Translations under genes and position numbers: made by a program | Notes under the pieces: model-generated | What the model saw: the letters and a program-made list of their open reading frames with translations, nothing else | Database searches by the model: none | Told to the model about the DNA's origin: nothing | DNA from: Denitrobacterium detoxificans | GTDB taxonomy: Bacteria > Actinomycetota > Coriobacteriia > Coriobacteriales > Eggerthellaceae | Direction of reading: 5' to 3' | DNA: 32,000 nucleotides | Assembly (NCBI RefSeq): GCF_001643775.1 | Contig: NZ_CP011402.1 | Location: 1,364,432-1,396,431, forward strand | Part shown: in pieces, positions 24,648 to 32,000 of the stretch | Position numbering within the stretch: position 1 is the stretch's first letter | How the letters are laid out: each line of letters starts with the position of its first letter

Positions 24648-25121
24648 CTATAGCGTAATCGTGGCCGAATCGGATTCGTCGGAGCTTACAACCACGATTT
24701 GACCAACAGAAGAATCGCCGTTATCGAGGCAAATGGCCCACACGCCATCGTCGAGCTGGAGCGTCACCTTGCCGCCCTCCACATTTTCCACGTGATCGAG
24801 AATGGGTGTATAGGCAGTTCCGTCGGCCGAGGTGAACAACGGCGTGCAGACGGAAACCTTATCGGCTTTCGTGGAGACGGTAACCGTGTTGTTGGAATGC
24901 AGGGCATCGTTGTGGGCCGTGGTGCCATACGTGGTCTTTTCGCCATGGCAACTGGTGCAATCCTTCGTTGGCGACACGATCTGGTGCCCTCGGGGACCGC
25001 ATCCGCCCAGGAACAAGGCGCACATGAGCGCCGCTGCGCTCAGGCAGGCAAACAGCGTTGCGCTGCGGAAAGAGAGCGTCGTATGGTGTGTAATTGTGGA
25101 TTTGCGCACGTTCAGCCTCAT
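24648..25121 (-). CDS. Putative lipoprotein with a single CxxCH heme-binding motif
   Basis: Start at ATG 25121 (MRLNVRK). Signal peptide with lipobox LGGC. CTSCH motif. Confidence 0.6.
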   Translation of the reverse strand: MRLNVRKSTITHHTTLSFRSATLFACLSAAALMCALFLGGCGPRGHQIVSPTKDCTSCHGEKTTYGTTAHNDALHSNNTVTVSTKADKVSVCTPLFTSADGTAYTPILDHVENVEGGKVTLQLDDGVWAICLDNGDSSVGQIVVVSSDESDSATITL

Positions 25122-25337
25122 GTGTCCCCTCTTCTCTATTACTATAACCGTGGTCGGAGCGCATATAACGTCCAGCCGTGCTTGCAACGAATGTACCACG
25201 TTCGCCATATACAAGCATTAACCAGAATTACGGTAATGTGAGTATTTCGGTCGCTTAGAGGTACCCAATGCACATGGATTGTGCTACGATTTCAAAGTTT
25301 TCGTTTGAAACATTTGGTATTAACGGAGGATACAGAC

Positions 25338-25832
25338 GTGGCGAACATCAAAAGCCAGAAGAAGCGAATCATTACCAACGAGAAAGCTCGTATGCGCAAC
25401 CGCGCTATCCGTTCCGAGCTGAAGACCGCAACTCGCGCCGTCAAGGACGCTGTTGCTGCGCAGGACGGCCCCAAGGCCATCGAAGCCGCTCATTACGCTT
25501 GCAAGATGATGGACCGCGCCGTTTCCAAGGGTGTTATCCACAAGAACCAGGCTGCCAACCGCAAGAGCGGCATCATGAAGCTCGCCAACACGGTTGCCAC
25601 CGAAGAGGATCGCAAGAACTACAAGGCCCCCGAAAAGAAGGCTCCCGTAGCCAAGGGTGGCACGAAGAAGGCTGCTGCCAAGGCCGCCAAGATCGCTGCT
25701 CTGGAAGAAGCCGCCAAGATCAAGGAAAAGAACCGCAAGGCCACCCAGAAGGCTGAAGCCGCTGCCGCCAAGAAGAAGGCCGAAGCTGCTGCCGCTGAAG
25801 AGGCTGCCGAAGCTGAAGAGTCTGCCGAATAA
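25338..25832 (+). CDS. rpsT: 30S ribosomal protein S20 with a long Ala/Lys/Glu-rich C-terminal extension
   Basis: GGAGGA-7 nt-GTG, then [10 protein letters not shown]... S20 domain (~85 aa), followed by a ~78-aa low-complexity tail. Confidence 0.9.
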   Translation: MANIKSQKKRIITNEKARMRNRAIRSELKTATRAVKDAVAAQDGPKAIEAAHYACKMMDRAVSKGVIHKNQAANRKSGIMKLANTVATEEDRKNYKAPEKKAPVAKGGTKKAAAKAAKIAALEEAAKIKEKNRKATQKAEAAAAKKKAEAAAAEEAAEAEESAE

Positions 25833-25877
25833 GGTAAACTATTCATAGCGATCGGATTCGTTCGCATATCAAGTGGG

Positions 25878-25905
25878 AAAAGCCGCTCATTGAGCGGCTT
25901 TTCTA
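25878..25905 (+). terminator. Intrinsic terminator (perfect palindrome AAAAGCCGCTCA-T-TGAGCGGCTTTT)
   Basis: GC-rich stem followed by a T-run, 45 nt after the rpsT stop. The A-run on the other side makes it potentially bidirectional. Confidence 0.65.
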
Positions 25906-26062
25906 TTGTCTGGAGTTATCCAAAAACGACGCTCGATTTAGCTCATTTTCGTTTTGGGGTCTACGCACCCGCCGCAATGTGCCCCGATCCGACAAGGCAC
26001 GGAGTGGAAATAGGTACGAAGCGGAAACTGGAAACGCAAGAAAGAGCGAGAGTCGTTCAGCG

Positions 26063-27040
26063 CTATTTCGCGGAACGCTCGACGACCGAGATGACCCAAT
26101 TCTGGAAGACGAGTTCAGGGTCGGAACCACTCTTCATGGCAGCTTCGGCATCGCGAGCGCCGATGAGGGCCTGATGCAGCTCTTCCGACGTGAAGCTGCG
26201 CGCCCACATGGCGTGACGCTTCACGCGCCAAGCGGGGGCATGCAAAACGCCTGGAAGGTCGTTGATACGACCGCGCTGAAGAAGCGCACGGGCAATCATG
26301 AGCTCGCGAACGCGCGTAATGCACATGGCCATGAGCGCATACGGCGTCATGCTCTCCATGCGCGAACGCACGAGCAGGCACTTCTTCAAATTGCGCTCGG
26401 AAAATGCATCGGTGAAATCCCACGGCTTCATTTCCGCCGTGCGGCTGACCATATTCAGAACTTCCGTCTCGTTAATGGGGTCGCTCCCGCGATGCGCCAG
26501 CGCAAGCTTCTGCAACTGAGAGTCGAGCTGCACGGTATTGTCGCCTACGAGCTCAACGAGCGTATTCGCCGCGGCCTGCGTGATGGTGACGCCATGCGAT
26601 GTCGCCATGGCTCGGACTTTCGCCGGCAGTTCGGCATGCTTGGGCGGCGTGCAGTCGATAACAGCCTGCTTGCCCACCTTGGCAGCAGCCTTGTACAGGC
26701 GCGTGTTCTTCGCCAAGCCCGCAGATACCAGGCAGAGTACCGTAGTGGCGCACGGCTCGGAAAGGTACTGCACAAGCTCTTCCTGATCGGGCTTCTTGAG
26801 CTTTTCCACGTTCGTAACGAGTACCAGGCGAACGTTGCTGGCAAACGGGAGCGTATTGCATGCGGCCACGATGGCCTCGCCCGTGTCGGATTCGCCAGAG
26901 AAAGCATCGGAATTGAACTCCAGGTCGCCTTCCTTCGCGACGCGCTGACGCAGGCGCTTGACGACCGTCTCGCGCTTCAGTTCGTCGGCACCGGTAACCA
27001 GATATGCGGGGAGAAGCCCCTGTTCGTTCTTTTCAGCCAT
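26063..27040 (-). CDS. holA: DNA polymerase III subunit delta (HolA)
   Basis: 325 aa, N-terminal LLPAYLVTGADELKRE typical of HolA. Position after comEC as in Firmicutes/Actinobacteria. Confidence 0.85.
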   Translation of the reverse strand: MAEKNEQGLLPAYLVTGADELKRETVVKRLRQRVAKEGDLEFNSDAFSGESDTGEAIVAACNTLPFASNVRLVLVTNVEKLKKPDQEELVQYLSEPCATTVLCLVSAGLAKNTRLYKAAAKVGKQAVIDCTPPKHAELPAKVRAMATSHGVTITQAAANTLVELVGDNTVQLDSQLQKLALAHRGSDPINETEVLNMVSRTAEMKPWDFTDAFSERNLKKCLLVRSRMESMTPYALMAMCITRVRELMIARALLQRGRINDLPGVLHAPAWRVKRHAMWARSFTSEELHQALIGARDAEAAMKSGSDPELVFQNWVISVVERSAK

Positions 27041-27049
27041 GGTTCCATT

Positions 27050-30062
<3,013 letters not shown>

Positions 30063-30101
30063 TCATGCACCCAGCCTACGTGTACGCAGTCGCCGCGCGA
30101 G

Positions 30102-30142
30102 CAAAGAAAAGTCGCGCCACCCTCGCGAAAGGATGGCGCGAC
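30102..30142 (-). terminator. Intrinsic terminator after thiI
   Basis: Minus strand is GTCGCGCCA-14 nt-TGGCGCGAC followed by TTTTCTTTG. Confidence 0.65.
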
Positions 30143-30166
30143 CATTGCACAATTGTTGCAGAAGCC

Positions 30167-31378
30167 CTATTCCTTGCGGCGGCGCTTCTTATACGAGGGG
30201 CACGCATAGTCGTGAACCTCGACGGCCTCCATGATGGAATCGATCCACTCTTCCAGGGGGAACTGCTCTTCCGCGGCAAGCGCGTCTTCCAGCTTGGCAT
30301 GCGTTTCGGGATTACGCGGCATGAACAGCGTGCAGCAGTCGGGGGCGTCCTGGCTGGAGATTTCGAAGGAACCCAGCTGCTGGGCGTCGGCGATGATTTC
30401 CTGCTTGTCGCTGCCGATGAGCGGGCGGAACACGGGCATGTTCACCGCAGCGTCGGTGACGAAGATGTTGTCGATGGTCTGGCTAGCCACCTGACCAAGG
30501 CTTTCGCCCGTTGCGATGGCCTTGGCACCCTCTTGCTGGGCAATGCGCTGCGCAACCTTGAACATCAGGCGACGGTACAGGATGACGCGCAGCTCGGGCG
30601 GGGCACCCAAGGCAATTTCACGCTGATAGTCGCCGAACGGAACGATGTAGCAACGCGCGATGCAGCCCGTACGCTCGAGCACGTGACAGATGTCGTCGAC
30701 CAGAAACTCGCTGGTAGAAGACGTCTGCGGGCGGCCGCTAAAGTGAACCGCGATGGGAATGGCACCGCGGCGCGCCATGCGCCACGTAGCCACCGGAGAG
30801 TCGATACCGCTCGAAAGCATGGTAATCACGCGACCGCTGGAACCCACGGGCAGACCACCTACGCCACGCACGGAACGCGCGTACACATAGGCATTGCCCT
30901 GAATGACCTCGACGCCCACCTTGACGTCGGGATCCTTCATGCGAACCTTCTTTTCGGGGAAATGCTCGCACAGATAGGAACCAACCAAACGGCTGATTTC
31001 CATGGAGGGAATGTCGAAGTCGGTGTGATTGCGACGCGAGGCCACCTTGAACGTGTAGAAATCGCCCACCTCGGCCAGCGCCATGCGAGCCGCTTCGCTC
31101 ATGATACCCATCTCACGATCGCACTTATAACCGCACGACACGCGCGCCACACCGGGAACGCCCGCGATGGCATCTTCGATTTCGCACGCGACTTCATAGC
31201 TCGTGCCTTCCTTGATAAAGACGCACAAGCGGCCGGAAATGCGGCGAATGGTTACGATGGGATACGCCGAAAGCAGCGCTTCGATATTCTTGAGCAGGCG
31301 ATTCTCAAACGACGTGCGATTGTGGCCCTTCAGGCCGATTTCGTGATAATGCACGAGGCAAATGCGTTGCAGTTCCAT
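30167..31378 (-). CDS. thiI: tRNA 4-thiouridine(8) synthase ThiI
   Basis: THUMP region plus PP-loop SSGIDSPVA. Start at ATG 31378 (MELQRI), preceded by GGAAGG. Confidence 0.9.
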   Translation of the reverse strand: MELQRICLVHYHEIGLKGHNRTSFENRLLKNIEALLSAYPIVTIRRISGRLCVFIKEGTSYEVACEIEDAIAGVPGVARVSCGYKCDREMGIMSEAARMALAEVGDFYTFKVASRRNHTDFDIPSMEISRLVGSYLCEHFPEKKVRMKDPDVKVGVEVIQGNAYVYARSVRGVGGLPVGSSGRVITMLSSGIDSPVATWRMARRGAIPIAVHFSGRPQTSSTSEFLVDDICHVLERTGCIARCYIVPFGDYQREIALGAPPELRVILYRRLMFKVAQRIAQQEGAKAIATGESLGQVASQTIDNIFVTDAAVNMPVFRPLIGSDKQEIIADAQQLGSFEISSQDAPDCCTLFMPRNPETHAKLEDALAAEEQFPLEEWIDSIMEAVEVHDYACPSYKKRRRKE

Positions 31379-31403
31379 GACTACCTTCCAAGTGAACAAT
31401 GCG

Positions 31404-31440
31404 CAAAAGGCGCCCGCAAGCCTCTAAGCAAGCGGGCGCC
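31404..31440 (-). terminator. Intrinsic terminator-like hairpin after rpoZ
   Basis: Minus strand is GGCGCCCGC-14 nt-GCGGGCGCC followed by TTTTGCG. Confidence 0.55.
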
Positions 31441-31462
31441 AGATGAAGCTATACCTACGCGT

Positions 31463-31723
31463 TTAGTGCGTTTTTGCGTCGATGGTGCCGGGATCGAACG
31501 ACACGTCTTCCTTGGCAATTTCGCCAAATGCAATGGAAAGCGGCTTCTTGTTGGAAGCGCGGGCGATTTCCACGGCGGTCTGCAGCTGAATAGCGCGTTC
31601 GCGCTGGCCACGAAGCATATCGTTGATGTCGTGCGCGCGATGCGAAGCGACGGCGCACAGCAGGAAGCGGTCGTTTTCCGTTTCCTCGAGCAGTTTGTCG
31701 ATCTTGGGTTCGATAAGACTCAT
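31463..31723 (-). CDS. rpoZ: DNA-directed RNA polymerase subunit omega
   Basis: 86 aa, with an MSLIEPKIDKLL...NDRFLLCAVASHRAHDIN sequence typical of RpoZ. gmk-rpoZ order. Confidence 0.9.
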   Translation of the reverse strand: MSLIEPKIDKLLEETENDRFLLCAVASHRAHDINDMLRGQRERAIQLQTAVEIARASNKKPLSIAFGEIAKEDVSFDPGTIDAKTH

Positions 31724-31728
31724 TCGTA

Positions 31729-32000
31729 CTATCCTTCGTAATTACCGGTTGCCTGATCCTCGATATAGGCAACGAGTTTTTGCGTAGCCTCTTCAAGGTC
31801 GTCATTTACAACCGTGTAATCATACTTCATTTTTTGCTGAAGCTCCACCTGTGCGACCTTCATTCGCGCAGCAATCACATCTTCTGGTTCCGTTCCGCGA
31901 CCGCGAAGGCGCTCCAGAAGGATTTCCATGGAAGGCGGCTCGATAAAAACGAGGTGGCACGACGGGAACTTTTCCTTCACCTGGAAGCCACCCTGGACGT
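31729..32000 (-). CDS. gmk: Guanylate kinase (C-terminal part; the 5' end lies beyond the window)
   Basis: ...VFIEPPSMEILLERLRGRGTEPEDVIAARM... is typical of the Gmk C-terminus. The frame is open to the window edge. Confidence 0.85.
   Translation of the reverse strand, partial: VQGGFQVKEKFPSCHLVFIEPPSMEILLERLRGRGTEPEDVIAARMKVAQVELQQKMKYDYTVVNDDLEEATQKLVAYIEDQATGNYEG

Overview
High-GC window, probably from an actinobacterium (Coriobacteriia-like by gene order and composition; this is inference). Most of it is a conserved minus-strand housekeeping block: gmk-rpoZ-thiI, comEA-comEC-holA, divergent rpsT, then lepA-dus-hemW-hrcA-dnaJ-rsmE-mtaB-phoH and ybeY-dgkA-era-recO. The normally tight phoH/ybeY junction is split by about 12.4 kb of mosaic DNA (2714-15183). 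This DNA holds an ISL3 element with an 8-bp target duplication and an IS3 element with a 3-bp duplication, inserted in a terminator loop. It also holds a split AmmeMemoRadiSam gene set with ettA between its parts, a TIGR00266 gene paired with a membrane-protein gene, and a lower-GC islet (about 4600-7800). The main finding is in that islet: an orphan type II-A-like CRISPR locus with no cas genes in the window. It has a minus-strand tracrRNA-like gene (about 4757-4843) whose anti-repeat, nexus and 3' hairpin resemble the S. pyogenes tracrRNA. Next to it are five direct copies of a 36-nt GTTTTGGAGC...AAAC repeat (5323-6890). The segments between repeats are 254-420 bp instead of about 30 bp. They carry small genes with their own terminators and decayed mobile-element gene fragments that stop at the repeat edges. 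Standard CRISPR finders would miss this array. All calls come from reading the sequence and ORF translations; no database search was run.
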